Origin: Octopus sinensis
Taxonomy: Eukaryota
Direction of reading: 5' to 3'
Length of the DNA: 64,000 nt
NCBI RefSeq assembly: GCF_006345805.1
Contig: NC_043003.1
Coordinates: forward strand, 42,594,001-42,658,000
Shown: one piece after another, positions 11,579 to 24,200 of the stretch
Layout of the letters: the number at the start of each line of letters is the position of its first letter
Position numbering within the stretch: position 1 is the first letter of the stretch
Position numbers and translations under genes: made by a program
Notes under the pieces: generated by a model
Told to the model about the DNA's origin: nothing
Seen by the model: the letters and a program-made list of their open reading frames with translations, nothing else
Database searches by the model: none

Positions 11579-12952
11579 GTGGATCTCTTTCTTGAGTATG
11601 GGGTAGATATTCTACACGTTTCAATTGTTTCACTGTTGAGAATTACCGGAAACAAGAAACCCGTCCTTTAGTTTTACTCATTAAAACATCAAAAATCCTC
11701 GGAGTCAAGTGAAAACACATATGTTTATGGCAACAACAATAACAACAACACCACCACCAACAAATATAATAAACATTTGTAACATAGGCAAACGACCATA
11801 AATTTGTGGATCGGGGTAGAATATTGTCGTATAGATCAACATTATTACTCCACTGGAATGTATTTTATGGATTTCGCAAGGAGGAAATGGAAAGATCTCA
11901 GGAAAACAGCCATAAAAATGTCATAAAAAAAAAACTCAAAGACGCTCTTGAAAGGTTCTTAGTTAAACATAACGGGGGAAAATTCACTACTTAAAGATTT
12001 AACAAGGCATTCTGTTATTTTTAAAATTCCTTGGCGCTTTCATTTGAGTTAACAGCTTAAGTACGCTGTTTGTTATTTTTCCTTCGTAGTAAGCATAAAA
12101 TAAACATTTTTTTATATGCTTTAAAGTATATGTCAGTTTTTAAATTCATATGTTAACATCACTACAATTTTTTAATGTAAATAAAAACACGGCTACATGC
12201 CATCTTCTGTCAGTAACTAATTTCGAAATGTTATAGATGAAAGCATCATACAGACAGAAAGCTTGACATGAAAAGATTCGGCTATTTTAATTCTATTCTT
12301 TAAGACTGTGATTAAAATAGCTGTCAGTTTTGATGGCTAGCTTTTGTTAATATTAATAATACGTGTTCGCAAGTAACATTTTATACATTGAGAATCTATT
12401 ATCAATATTTTAGAACCATATTTTTCAGGAATTCTACGATTCTATTTTCACTGGGCACAAATCATTACGATAGGAGTATAATCGATAATTTCCTAAGCAG
12501 CGGTATATTAAAAGTATTTATATAATTTATTCATACAGGCATAGCAATTGGCTTCATAACCGAGGGCGATTAAATACTGCAATTCTCCAGTTCCATATGT
12601 ATTCTGCCAGACTAACCTACTTTATGAATTTATAAATATTTTATAGATATTTTTTAAATTCTAGTTTCATGGATAAACTTAATAATTTCGCCACATGATT
12701 TAGATTTCATTCTATCATTAAGATAGTTATTAGGGTTATTTTATAGCATAGCATCTAAATTTGATTCCTTATGAAACGATTTTGATTATATCTTCGGTTT
12801 AGTTCAAAAGTTAAGCTACTTTAAAGCACAACATTGAAACCTATGTCTTAAAAATATGAAAATGTTGTGAATTTCTATTGTTCACGAATGAAAACGTTTC
12901 ATGCGTGAGGTATCGTGGCGATGGCAGGTATGGCATTATTTATCATATCGAA

Positions 12953-13870
12953 GGCGGCGAGCTGGCAGAAACGTTAGCACGCCGGGCGAAATGCGTAGCC
13001 GTATTTCGTCTGTCGTTACGTTCTGAGTGCAAATTCCGCCGAGGTCGACTTTGTCGTTCATCTTTTGGGGTCGATAAATTAAGTACCAGTTACGCACTGG
13101 GGTCGATATAATCGATTAATCAGTTTGTCTGTCCTTGTTTGTCCCCTTTGTGTTTAGCCCCTTGTGGGTAGTAAAGAAATAGGTATTTCGCATGTCATTA
13201 CGTTCTGAGTTCAAATTCCGCCGAGGTCGACTTTGCCTTTCATCATTTTGGGGTCGATAAATTAAGTACCAGTTACGCACTGGGGTTGATATAATCGACT
13301 TAATCCGTTTAACTGTCCTTGTTTGTCCCCTCTGTGTCTAGCCCCTTGTGGGTAGTAAAGAAATAGGTATTTCGTCTGCCGCTACGTTCTGAGTTCAAAT
13401 TTCGCCAATGTCGACTTTGCCTTTGATCCTTTCGGGGTCGAAATATTCAGTACCAGTGACGCACTGGGGTGATGTAATCGACTTCATCTCTTTGTCTGTC
13501 CCCTCTATGTTAAACCCCTTGTGGGCAAGAAATAAGTAAGAAACGTTAGCACGCTGGGCGAAATACTTAGTGGTATTTCACCTGTCTTTGTGTTTTGAGT
13601 TCAAATTCCGCCGATGTCGACTTTACCTTTCATCTTTTCGGGGTCGATAAATTAAGTACCAGTTGCGTCCTGGTGTCGATCTAATCGACTAGACCTTTCC
13701 CCCCAAAGTTCAGGCCTTGTGCCAAAAGTAGAAATTATTATTTATCATATCGCAAGGCAATTTCGGGGTCGATGGAAAGTGTACTATTCATGCACTGAGG
13801 TCGATGTAATCGACCATCCCTTCCCCCCAAAAATTTCAGGCCTTGTGCCTATCATAGAAAAGATTATTTA
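12953..13870 (+). mobile_element. Head-to-tail array of SINE family B units (about 5)
   Basis: GTATTTCG...GTTCTGAGTTCAAATTCCGCCGAGGTCGACTTTG...AAGAAATAG recurs at 13001, 13183, 13367 and 13573 (period about 183 bp), with a partial unit after 13745. Confidence 0.88.
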
Positions 13871-14346
13871 TCATATCGAACAAAAATGCTAACCGTCATT
13901 CCTTCCAGCTCTTAACGTTCTAAGTTCAAATCTTACCGAAGACAACTTTGACACTCATCTTTACGTCAACCTCATAAATATTTCTTCAAATATCACTTAA
14001 AAAGAAAGGTGAGAGTAGGGTGGAAAGTGCTGCCTTCTAGCGTGATTATCGAAAGATGGATCAGTGACAAGAATGGTGAGGCTAAATGGATCTACTCTTA
14101 GTATTCTTCTTTAGGCTTGAGGATGGCAGAGTCATCTGGTATATTTTGTGTGGGGTTTTCTCATAATTACTTTAAGTGGACTATGCCGCAATTATGGATT
14201 GTATTTATTAATTATTTACTTTTCTAATTTCTATATTATATCCTTTTGCTATACCGTTACTGTTATACTATATTCACTACGGCCTCTAGGAGTAAAGTTG
14301 AAAAAGTGTGAAACACTGGCATTCACATATATGATATTATTTTTAA

Positions 14347-14550
14347 GGCGGCGAACCGGCAGAATCGTTAGCACGCCGGGAGAAATACTTAGCGGTATTT
14401 CGTCTACCGTCGGGTTTTGAGTTCGAATTCTGCCGTGGTCGACTTTGCCTTTCATCCTTACAGGGTCTATAGAATTAGTACTAGTTACATACTGGGGACT
14501 TAATCTCTTTCCCCAAAAATTTGAGGCTTTGTTCTTCCAGTAGAAAGAAT
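14347..14550 (+). mobile_element. SINE family B copy
   Basis: GGCGGCGAACCGGCAGAATCGTTAGCACGCCGGG...GTCGACTTTGCCTTTCATCC... Confidence 0.82.
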
Positions 14551-15164
14551 TTAATAAATTTGAAAAAGAGTGACGCACTGAAATTCATATTTATCATACT
14601 AGATATGTTTAATTTTGGGGAAACCATATTTCATATAAAGTGTATTTTATATATATATTCATGTGTATATCTATATGTATTTATTAAAGAAAGCAAAAAA
14701 TGATAGTGTTCAGTATGTTGGCGACAGTAATTTCTGTCAAAGGGACATGGTTAAACAAAGCTGTACATCATCTCTCACTTTCTCTTTTTTATTATTACTC
14801 CCACTGCTACTATCAACACTACTTCTACTTTTAATAAAAGATCACCATCTCTCCCTAAATTTCTTTGTCTCTCTTTCTCTCCCTCTCTTTTTTCTCTCAG
14901 TCTTAACCATCGGCATCACCATCTCCAAGCCTACTATTACTCTCACCCCATTATGAGGAATAGTAGGAGTGTCCTTGACGAGTGAGAGAGCGGGGTTCTA
15001 AGTGTGACACACTGACACACAGAAATTATTTTTCGTATTTATTATTTTAGATGTATGTATATATGCATGTATGTATGTTCGTATATGCTTATATATTTGT
15101 ATATGTGCGTGTGTGTGCATGTTTATGTATGTATATATGTGTATATATATGTATGTATATATGC

Positions 15165-15195
<31 letters not shown>

Positions 15196-16427
15196 CATAC
15201 ACGTACATACATATATACGAATATATACAGTTATATATATGTTTATATACATTTGTATGAATATGTATAAACGTATACATATACATACATATATGTGTGT
15301 GTGAGTGTATGAATATATAGACAGGAACACACACGCACGCACATGCACACACGCACGCACATGCACATACATACGCACGCACACGCGCACACACGCACAA
15401 ATACACATAGTAAATGCTCGCGCGTATATATCTAGAAACACAGCAGTATCGAGTGACATCTCTACGTCTATGCTCATATGTTTAATGGTAAAAATGCGTG
15501 TACACACGATAATGAAAAGAGATCTCATGGACATCAATAACATTGACTGCTACCTAAAACTTCTGTTAGAAATAGCAGCTGAATCTTTCTGAAATCAACA
15601 CATAAACTTAAAACAAGAAAAAGGATTCTATATGGAAACGTGAGTTTTTAGAAAAAGATGTTCTTTTTTTTTTGTTTTGTATATCACGCTATATTCTCGA
15701 AAAATGAAGGATGCGTTTGAGAATGTAGTTTTAGACACTCTAAAACAAGTGATTGTTATGAGTGATAAGCCCTCGTTCATAGTTCCTAGTTCATCAAGTT
15801 TGACGGTTGACTAAAGAATAATAATATCAAAATAAATGCTCTTAAAAATAGCAACTACTGGGTTCATATGTGTTTTCAAATATGGGAGCAGTTTCACATA
15901 TTCAAAAGAGTCTGTTGAGAAGACTTCGTGCATTTTATAGAGACTCTTCGTGCAAGTTGTAGAAAAATCAACCGCGTAGGACTGCTTAAAAAAGAAGACA
16001 GCATTGAAAACTGATTGGTTTGAATTTCTAGAAATTATAGGGGAATAGAGAGTAGGAGTAGGCCTAGTCGTTAAAACTAACCAATGAAAAAAAAAACGGA
16101 TATGTTTCGGTATTATTAGACCACTTAAGGGAAACAAGTATTTTACACGGTTGTAAATAGAAGGAATATGGGATCTGATCAGGAATGCCAACAATAATAC
16201 ATCACAATTAAAGGTATCACAATTAAAGAACAATGAATTTAAATATCGATAAACTATATATAAGCATTCTTATAAGCAAGTATTACTTGGTTGCATACAC
16301 AAAGTTTTCGCTCCTATGAAGTCACGAGCAGATATAGAAAATCTATTGTCATTTTCATGTTCGACGCAGTTGATCATCTTGGGTCTGGAAGGTAGAAAAT
16401 GAGAATGCTGCACTGGCACCTAGTTTG

Positions 16428-17080
16428 TATTCGGTTGGAAAGAATGTCCTGTCGCATTTCACGATGGAACAGAAACGAATGCTTCTTTTACTTTTAGCTT
16501 ATATATCTAACAAAGATAATATTTCCCCTCATTATTTATAAGATAATACTATCTATCTAGCAAGTTGTTTATCCTTTCGGCGTAATATTCGTCAGGTCTC
16601 AAAGCAAACAGGTGATTAATATATTTTTTAACCTTTTCAAAATGAATAAAATATCGTCTATCTAAAAAATATTGCAATAACCTGAAAAGATGATAGTCAG
16701 AAGCAGTAAGGTCAGGAAAGTTAAGTGAATGAAGCAAAACTTCCATATTTAGTGCCATAATCTATTCCTGAGTGACATGGTCAATAGGTAGTCTTGCATC
16801 ACCTTTTTACGATTGGCCATTGATGGCCGTTTCTTCCTGCTAAATTTTTGCAATACTTCAGTTCATTAACAGTTTCGATTTGGTTTAACACGTCATGAAG
16901 GACGACACCCTTCATATCCCACTAAACACAGAGCATAACTATTTTGTGTGTAATTCTGGTTCTAGGAAGAACTCTCCTTTTACATTAGGTGCTGATATGG
17001 TTATAGAAAATCCACTTTTCATCGTTTTTGATGCTTCTATCCAGGGAAGTTTCGGAAGAAAGTATACGTTTCAATGATGA
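16428..17080 (-). mobile_element. Mariner transposon 3' part, decayed
   Basis: The minus strand gives NDEKWIFY, VMLCV*WDMKGV and EVLLHSLNFPDLTASDYHLFRLLQ (degenerate YSPDLAPSDYHLF). TIR-like TATTCGGTTGGAAAGAATG at 16428. Confidence 0.85.
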
Positions 17081-17319
17081 ACATAAAGCAACACTTGTAT
17101 TAAGCTGAGCAGTCAGATAAAGAGAAACCCAAAGAGCAATTTCACACGCTTTTCCTAATACATGGAAGTGCTTTATGATAGAAGTATAACTTGAACCGTT
17201 TTGTTGCTTTTCTCGCAGTTTGCTTTATATCTTTTATTCCAAATCAGTTTGCAGAATCTCGACAATAAAGATCTTTGTTGTGCAGATACAATGAAATCTG
17301 CGAATGAAAAATTCACAGA

Positions 17320-17465
17320 GCGTAGGAGTGGCTGTGTGGTAAATAACTTGCTTACGAACCACATGGTTCCAGGTTCAGTGCCACTGCGTGGCATCTTGGG
17401 CAAGTGTCTTATACTATAGCCTCGGGTCGACCAAAGCCTTGTGAGTGAAAGAAGCCCGTCGTATA
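17320..17465 (+). mobile_element. tRNA-derived SINE family C (CORE-like CTTGGGCAAGTGTCTT)
   Basis: GCGTAGGAGTGGCTGTGTGGTAA...GGTTCAGTGCCACTGCGTGGCATCTTGGGCAAGTGTCTT...AAAGAAGCCCGTCGTATAT; the same family occurs at 41430-41580 and 58120-60285. Confidence 0.85.
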
Positions 17466-17489
17466 TATGTATATATATATATATATATA

Positions 17490-17523
<34 letters not shown>

Positions 17524-17593
17524 GGTCCCGGGTTGATTCGGGGTTAACCACAGTAAATAAGGTACTCAATACATAGCAGAGTAAAATTAATTT

Positions 17594-17709
17594 ATTATAT
17601 AGAAGGAGCTTCTACAGGACTAGAACTGTTTCATTCAAGAGAAATCTTCAGGAAGCTTCCTGAAGATTTCTCTTGAATGAAACAGTTCTAGTCTTGTAGA
17701 AGCTCCTTC

Positions 17710-17717
<8 letters not shown>
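17594..17717. repeat. 124-bp spacerless palindrome (1 mismatch) containing a hammerhead-like core on each arm
   Basis: Centre GGAAG|CTTCC at 17655/17656; the arms are reverse complements except CAGGAC versus GTCTTG. Confidence 0.95.
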
Positions 17718-17746
<29 letters not shown>

Positions 17747-17754
<8 letters not shown>

Positions 17755-18673
17755 AAAATAGTAAAGAGTGAAAAACGACAGAAGGCTTAAATGTTAAAAA
17801 ATATATATACTTGCGTCAAAATGTCTGGAGAATATTGGAAATTTTTTTTTTTTTTTTTTTTTTTTTCCTTTCCTTAAAATGACATAATTTTATACTTTTT
17901 AAAGAAATACCGGTTTCGCAGTTAGCTCTTCAAATTTCTTGTGACTTAATGTTTATTTTTAATAACGTAATCCTTGTATTTTTGCTACGGAGAGTTCTAA
18001 ATAAGGGAAAGTAGTGAGTGATTTCTTTCGGTGTAAGGGAGATAATCGCTTAAAAAATTTTTTTTCCTTTAGTGTGAATTTCTCTGTATTATTGAGTTCG
18101 GATAGTTGAGTCTGGATTTGTACTTTTCAATGAAGAATGTTTCCTTATTTAGTCTAATTTGTGATGATGATCCGAAAGCACATTGGTAAAATGGAAAGAT
18201 TAAAAATTGTGGTTGTAGTTTTTAATCTTTCCATTTTACCAAAGTGCTTTCGGATCATCATCACAAATTAGACTAAATAAGGAAACATTCTTCATTGAAA
18301 AGTACAAACCCAGACTCAACTATCCGAACTCAATAATACAGAGAAATTCACACTAAAGGAAATAAAGCGATTATCTCCCTTACACCGGAAGAAATCACTC
18401 ACTACTTTCCCTTATTTAGAACTCTCCGTAGCAAAAATACAAGGATTACGTTATTAAAAATAAATATTAAGTCACAAGAAATTTGAAGAGCTAACTGCGA
18501 AACCGGTATTTCTTTAAAAAGTATAAAATTATGTCATTTTAAGGAAAGGAAAAAAAAAAAAAAAAAAAAAAAAAATTTTTTCCAATATTCTCCAGACATT
18601 TTGACGCAAATATATATATTTTTTAACATTTAAGCCTTCTGTCGTTTTTTCACTCTTTACTATTTCTTATATA
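17747..18673. repeat. ~930-bp fold-back inverted repeat of a Penelope-like 3' end
   Basis: Arms 17747-18206 and 18219-18673 with a 12-nt loop; about 5 substitutions plus small indels. The right arm translates LIFPFYQ...RLNKETFFIEKYKPRLN, resembling the GIY-YIG C-terminal motif. Confidence 0.92.
18476..18514 (+). ncRNA. Minimal hammerhead-like motif (mirror copy at 17902-17940, minus strand)
   Basis: AAGAAA-T-TTGAAGA-GC-TAACT-GC-GAAA-CCGGT-A-TTTCTT; palindromic stem III ACCGGT; the core has U in place of C3. Confidence 0.5.
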
Positions 18674-18703
18674 TTCACCCACGTGCTTTACCAAACAAAC
18701 TTT

Positions 18704-18771
<68 letters not shown>

Positions 18772-18789
18772 GTATTATGTATGTGTGCG

Positions 18790-18988
18790 TATATGTTTGT
18801 GTGTCTGTGTTTGTCCCCCCAACTTCTCTTGACAACTGATGCTTCTGTGTTTCTGTCCCCGTAACTTAGCGGTTCGGTAAAAGAGACCAATATAATAAGT
18901 ACTAGGCTTACAAAGAATAAGTCCTGAGGTCGATTTGCTCGACTAAAGGCGGTGCTTCAGCATGACCACAGTCAAATGACTGAAACAA

Positions 18989-18995
<7 letters not shown>
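18790..18995. mobile_element. High-copy interspersed repeat, family D (SINE-like tail)
   Basis: CCCCGTAACTTAGCGGTTCGG...ACTAAAGGCGGTGCTTCAGCATG...GACTGAAACAAGTAAAAGA; opposite-orientation copies at 28765-28925, 45960-46110 and 63380-63570. Confidence 0.8.
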
Positions 18996-19060
<65 letters not shown>

Positions 19061-19524
19061 AACTGAACAAACGATCGTTGGCATGTCTTTGGAATTCATA
19101 GAGCATGCAGTGTCTGATATCGGTTTCATCTAAATTCATTTTAAAGGTGTAAAATCGATACGAATTTAACCACTGGTATAATGTAATCAACAAATTAAGC
19201 AAACACACACACACACACACACCACACACACACACACAACTAAAGCATTACAATATAAAAATCAGTACTTATTTTTCCTAAGTATTGGTAGAGTACCTCC
19301 AAACGGATCATGTAGAAAGTGCTACAAGACTTTCTTTCCAGTATAATAATTACTTGAGCTAAGTAGGCAGGTGCAATTTGAAATGAAATGCCTTCTTCAA
19401 AGACATACTGCACTGGTTCATCCAGGAATAGAGCCAATTTATCTTATGATTGTTAGACCAACATCCTTAACTACCAAGTCGCGCTTCTTCACATAGAAAT
19501 ATAACTTTTCATAACACAAGAGAA

Positions 19525-19619
19525 TGAAAGGACGAAGAAGAAGAAGAAAGAAGAAGAAGAAGAAGAAGAAGAAGAAGAAGAGAAGAAGAAGAAGAAGAAG
19601 AAGAAGAGAAGAAGAAGAA

Positions 19620-19663
<44 letters not shown>

Positions 19664-19690
19664 CAATGATGATGATGATGAAAAGATGAA
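19525..19690. repeat. (GAA)n followed by (GAT)n trinucleotide microsatellite
   Basis: Read directly from the sequence. Confidence 0.95.
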
Positions 19691-19959
19691 GATTATGATG
19701 AAAGTGGAATGAGAAAAAGAGGATATATGACACAAAGTACATTGTTACAGTAAAAATAGTTCAGGCTTCTTTAAATGATAAAAGAATATAAAAAGAAAAT
19801 TGAATCCTTTTAAAAAAAATTCAAGGAATTTTGAAATGTCTGCTATCCCAAATGCAGGTCACACATGCATAAGTCCTTTGTTGACCCCATTTCAATGAAA
19901 CCCTGCAAGAAAGAAGCCACATACACAGCAAGTCCATTCTAAATTCTGAACAATGTTGG

Positions 19960-20078
19960 CCAACAACAACAATAACAGCAGCAGCAGTATAGTAATGATG
20001 ATGATGATAATGATAATGATGATGATGATGATGATAATAATAAAAACAATAATGATAATAATAATAATAATAATAATA

Positions 20079-20129
<51 letters not shown>

Positions 20130-20384
20130 TAATAATAATAATAATAATAATAATAGCAACAACAACAGTAATGATGATAGTAACGACAAACAACAACATT
20201 AATAACAATACTTCATTGGCCTCCAGGTCCAAAATACCATTTAGGAGAATACAAAGATAAACGGTATTTATTATTTACATATATACATGTGTAAACGATA
20301 CAATAATTAAAAATTAATAAGAAAATTGATTAAAAAAACATTCCCCAATAGAGAGAACATTTCTTTATTTTCATTATCATCATA

Positions 20385-20415
<31 letters not shown>

Positions 20416-20436
20416 GTATAAGTATTAGTATTATTG

Positions 20437-20469
<33 letters not shown>

Positions 20470-20492
20470 GTATAAGTATTGTATTATTGTTG

Positions 20493-20539
<47 letters not shown>

Positions 20540-20961
20540 GTTGTTGTTGTTGCTGTTGTTGTTGTTGATGTTGTTGTTATTATTATTATTATTATTGGTA
20601 TTATTATTATTATTGAGTGAGAGAGCAGTTCATGCCATCAAAGTGACACTGGGGTAAAATATACGAAGCCCAATATACCCATCATGACTACCCGTCTGAT
20701 AAGGGTACACCAGGCACATGCATCACAACCATATGTGCGCGACATGGTGATCTCATATCAAGATAAACAGCACATGACCTTGCAGGTGGGGCCCAGTTAG
20801 AATTTTCTTCAGGTTGAGTAGCCCATCCCGCTCAAAAGGTCCCTGAATAAGGGTTGTTTAAGGATGTTGAAAAAACCACCCATGTTTCCAGAGGTGAATT
20901 ATTCAAACCCCAAAGAATCCCTCTCAACACATGGCTATGATGCTCTCCCATTATTATTATT

Positions 20962-21003
<42 letters not shown>

Positions 21004-21201
21004 ATTATTATTATTATTATAATTATAATTATTATTATTGTTATTGTTATTATTATAATTATTATTATTGTTATTGTTGTTATTATTATTATTGTTGTTG
21101 TTATTATTATTATTATAATTATTATTGTTATTATTATTATAATTATTATTATTATTATTGTTATTATTATTATTATTATTATTGTTATTATTATTATTAT
21201 T

Positions 21202-21252
<51 letters not shown>

Positions 21253-21265
21253 ATTATTATCAGCA
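19960..21265. repeat. Cluster of (AAT/ATT/GTT/GAT)n microsatellites
   Basis: Read directly; source of the poly-I/poly-Y/poly-L ORFs in the track. Confidence 0.9.
20614..20950 (-). mobile_element. Family E (AAT)n-tailed retroposon copy
   Basis: Close match to 7803-8135. Confidence 0.75.
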
Positions 21266-23294
21266 GTAGCAGTATCAGTGGCAATGGCGGTAGCGCCGGT
21301 TGTGATGATGCAAATGAAAGCGTACCTTTGATTTTAAAATTTCTCTCTAACTTAATTTCTTTAAATATACTCAGGCAAAAATGCTGATTTTTATTTTTAA
21401 GTATCAGTAGATGTTTCTGGGACTTTACTTGCAAGGAACAAGTAACAATCGCGTTAACCGGTGAATTTATACACACAAATAAAAACGCACACGCACATGC
21501 GAACATGCAAACGCAAGTTCATAGAGGAAGAGAGAAAGCGATAGAGAGAAAGAGAAAGAGGGAGGGAGAGAGAGTGAAATAGAGAGAGAAGGAGAGACTG
21601 AGAAGAGAAAGATAGAGAAAGAGGAGAGAGAGAGAGAAATGTGTGAAATATTTCGCAGACAGCGAGAATATTTCTATGTAATTGCTTAAATCAAACTCAA
21701 TGAAATAGACAGAATTCGGATTTTATATCGAAAATACGTAGTTTATGTTTGTGTACTCGCACACACATACATATATACATACTAACACACATAAACACAC
21801 AGAAATACACACACAGACACACACACAAACGCAAATACACACACACAAAGGTATACACACACACACGTGGTAAGATGGAAAATATGCAGTAAAATTAATT
21901 TAAATGTTGGTCAAATTTCCCTGGACACGGATCCATATTTCTAGAGGAAATATACATGTTAAGTTTTACATAGAATCATACTTTCATCAGCAGCTAAAAA
22001 AATTACCAGTATTGGAGCGATATAAAATTTTAAAGGCACTGGCCTGTATGAAATTAATATTGTTCTGTATGCATTGCCTATACATTTAAATGTGTATTCT
22101 CTTTATAGCTATTAAATTTTCATTGCTAAAACGAATATTGTGTCAACGTCCTTGAAAATTTGATTATCACTGCTTTATTTTGAAAGGTGATCCCTGAAAA
22201 AATTTAAAGAGTTTACACATTCAGAAATAGTATTAAATTGTCCCGATGTTTCGTTATGTTTCAAGGCAATTTACGTACAATAAGATCCATTGGTGATCTA
22301 GTCCCCTCTGTTGATCAAAAGTGAGCTCTTGCTTTGAAAGGAATTTATTGAAAGTAATATCGTTACCTTCAACATCAGCGAAGAGTTTTTACCGTATCTG
22401 ACATGAGGATCTTGTATCGAAACTCCCAGCTTATGAACTGTTCAAACCTCCTTTCCAGGATCGTTAACTTCAAACTATAACCACATTGTATGAAAAGGCT
22501 GGCTCTGTAAATCTTTGGTAAAATACATCTTTCAAATAGTCTACATCTACTCAATTTATGGATTGACGCAAGGTCATAGAAAATGACACGTGACCGAGAT
22601 GTCATACAGTAGGATCGAATCCAGAATATGAGAATTACGAAACGCTTTTAAACATTCGGCTATATTACTCCAGCATAGAAGTGTATGCATGTGTGTATTT
22701 TGTACCTACATACACACAGACAAACACACGCACACAAACTCACACACGCACACATACACACACAAAGAAACATATTAAGCCATAAAGACGAAGTTATCTA
22801 TTCGTAAATGTATAATCGTTAAACATGATATCTTCCCTAGCGCACTAAAATCTATATCATTTCTCGTAACCCTTGACAATAATTAAACATGGAAGCATAC
22901 ATATGAATACCACAAAACAACGAGGGCAATAATAATTATATCAATAATGACATCAACAATATTCTTCTGAAATATGATAATTTCATGGATGCCAGGATGC
23001 CACACTAACACCAGCTAAAGCAAATGTGTGATTTGATGCTATTTTTCAGCTCAAATAATTGAATTTGCTACAATCAGATACTGAAACTGGATCAGCGATA
23101 TCTGGGGTCATATTAATACTGGTGTTAATGTTTTAATGTCGCTGATAATAATGTTGTTTAGTCCCACGTCAGACATAACTGAGAAAACCTATGATCAACT
23201 GCATATCAATTGTGAGCATCTCTCTATTTCTCCTGTATGCAGTAAAGTAACAAATGACTAAATGCGACTGTTTCTTAGACAGTGGAATATGCCT

Positions 23295-23575
23295 CGATCA
23301 TCGTGATCACCGTGATCGACCAGGCTATCAGATGTTGCTACACATCGCTGGTCACAATGCGCTTCGCATTGTTTTAGCCTTCAAATGACGCCACCCCGCT
23401 GGCTAAGCGAGCAGGCCAACAGAAGATAGAGTGAGAGAAAGTTGTGGCGAAAGAGTACAGCAGGAGCCACGTGGGGCTTTAGGTGTTTCCGCTCAATAAA
23501 CACTCACAACGCCCGGTCTGGAAATCGAAACCGCGATCCTACAACCGCGAGTCCACTGCCCTAACCACTGGGCCA
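23295..23575 (-). mobile_element. tRNA-derived SINE (family F)
   Basis: The minus strand starts TGGCCCAGTGGTTAGGGCAGTGGACTCGCGG...GGTTTCGATTTCCAGACC (A and B boxes). Confidence 0.8.
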
Positions 23576-23656
23576 CACACACACACACACACACACATAT
23601 GGAGATAGATTCTACAAGTTATTTTTTCGTTCTCTCACTGTTTATTTTCTCTTATT

Positions 23657-23693
23657 CCTTTCTGTTGATGAGCGTAGGCTCGAAACTTAAAGG
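23657..23693 (+). ncRNA. Minimal hammerhead-like motif, CUGUUGA variant
   Basis: CCTTT-CTGTTGA-T-GAGC-GTAG-GCTC-GAAA-CTT-A-AAGG; the same family as 51790-51827. Confidence 0.45.
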
Positions 23694-23929
23694 ACGTTTT
23701 CATTTTCCGAACGTCTGACAAAATTGGAGTCAACAAGAAAGGACATTTATTTTTTAATCACTTTCGACGCAACGTGGTTCTCCATATGTGCAGGAACATA
23801 ACTATGCAATTGATTCCCTGCATTATGAGATCTAGTTGTGTTTCCTCAGGCGATATGTAAATATTACCTCCGTAATTTTAAAATCCTTTCTCTCTGTCGT
23901 GGCCTGAATTTAGTAGTACTCATTTAGCT

Positions 23930-24200
23930 TATCAGGATGTTTTGTCGCACCCACATCTGCTATATTTTTCTCAGTTCTGCTAGTTGCTGCTCTCCTGTCA
24001 TTATCGAACATCTTGGAACCGTCTGAACTACTCGTACACTTGTGTGCAACTCATACACTCCTCTCCATACACTTTCTGCAACATTGCCTAGACCTCTGAG
24101 CAGGTAGCTCTTCGATAGCTTTCTTTGTCGTGGTCAATGCGACTATCACACGCTACACACCTTCCTTCCAAGCACTTTTGTAAACAGTGAAAGTGAGCTA
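23930..24200 (-). mobile_element. Mariner transposase N-terminal (HTH) fragment
   Basis: Minus strand AMLQKVYGEECMSCTQVYE*FRRFQD...ATSRTEKNIADV. Confidence 0.8.

Noticed and set aside
22330-22610. Exon-like unique segment with an AAG|GTAACG donor on the minus strand
   Set aside because: No frame stays open from a credible acceptor; not supportable.
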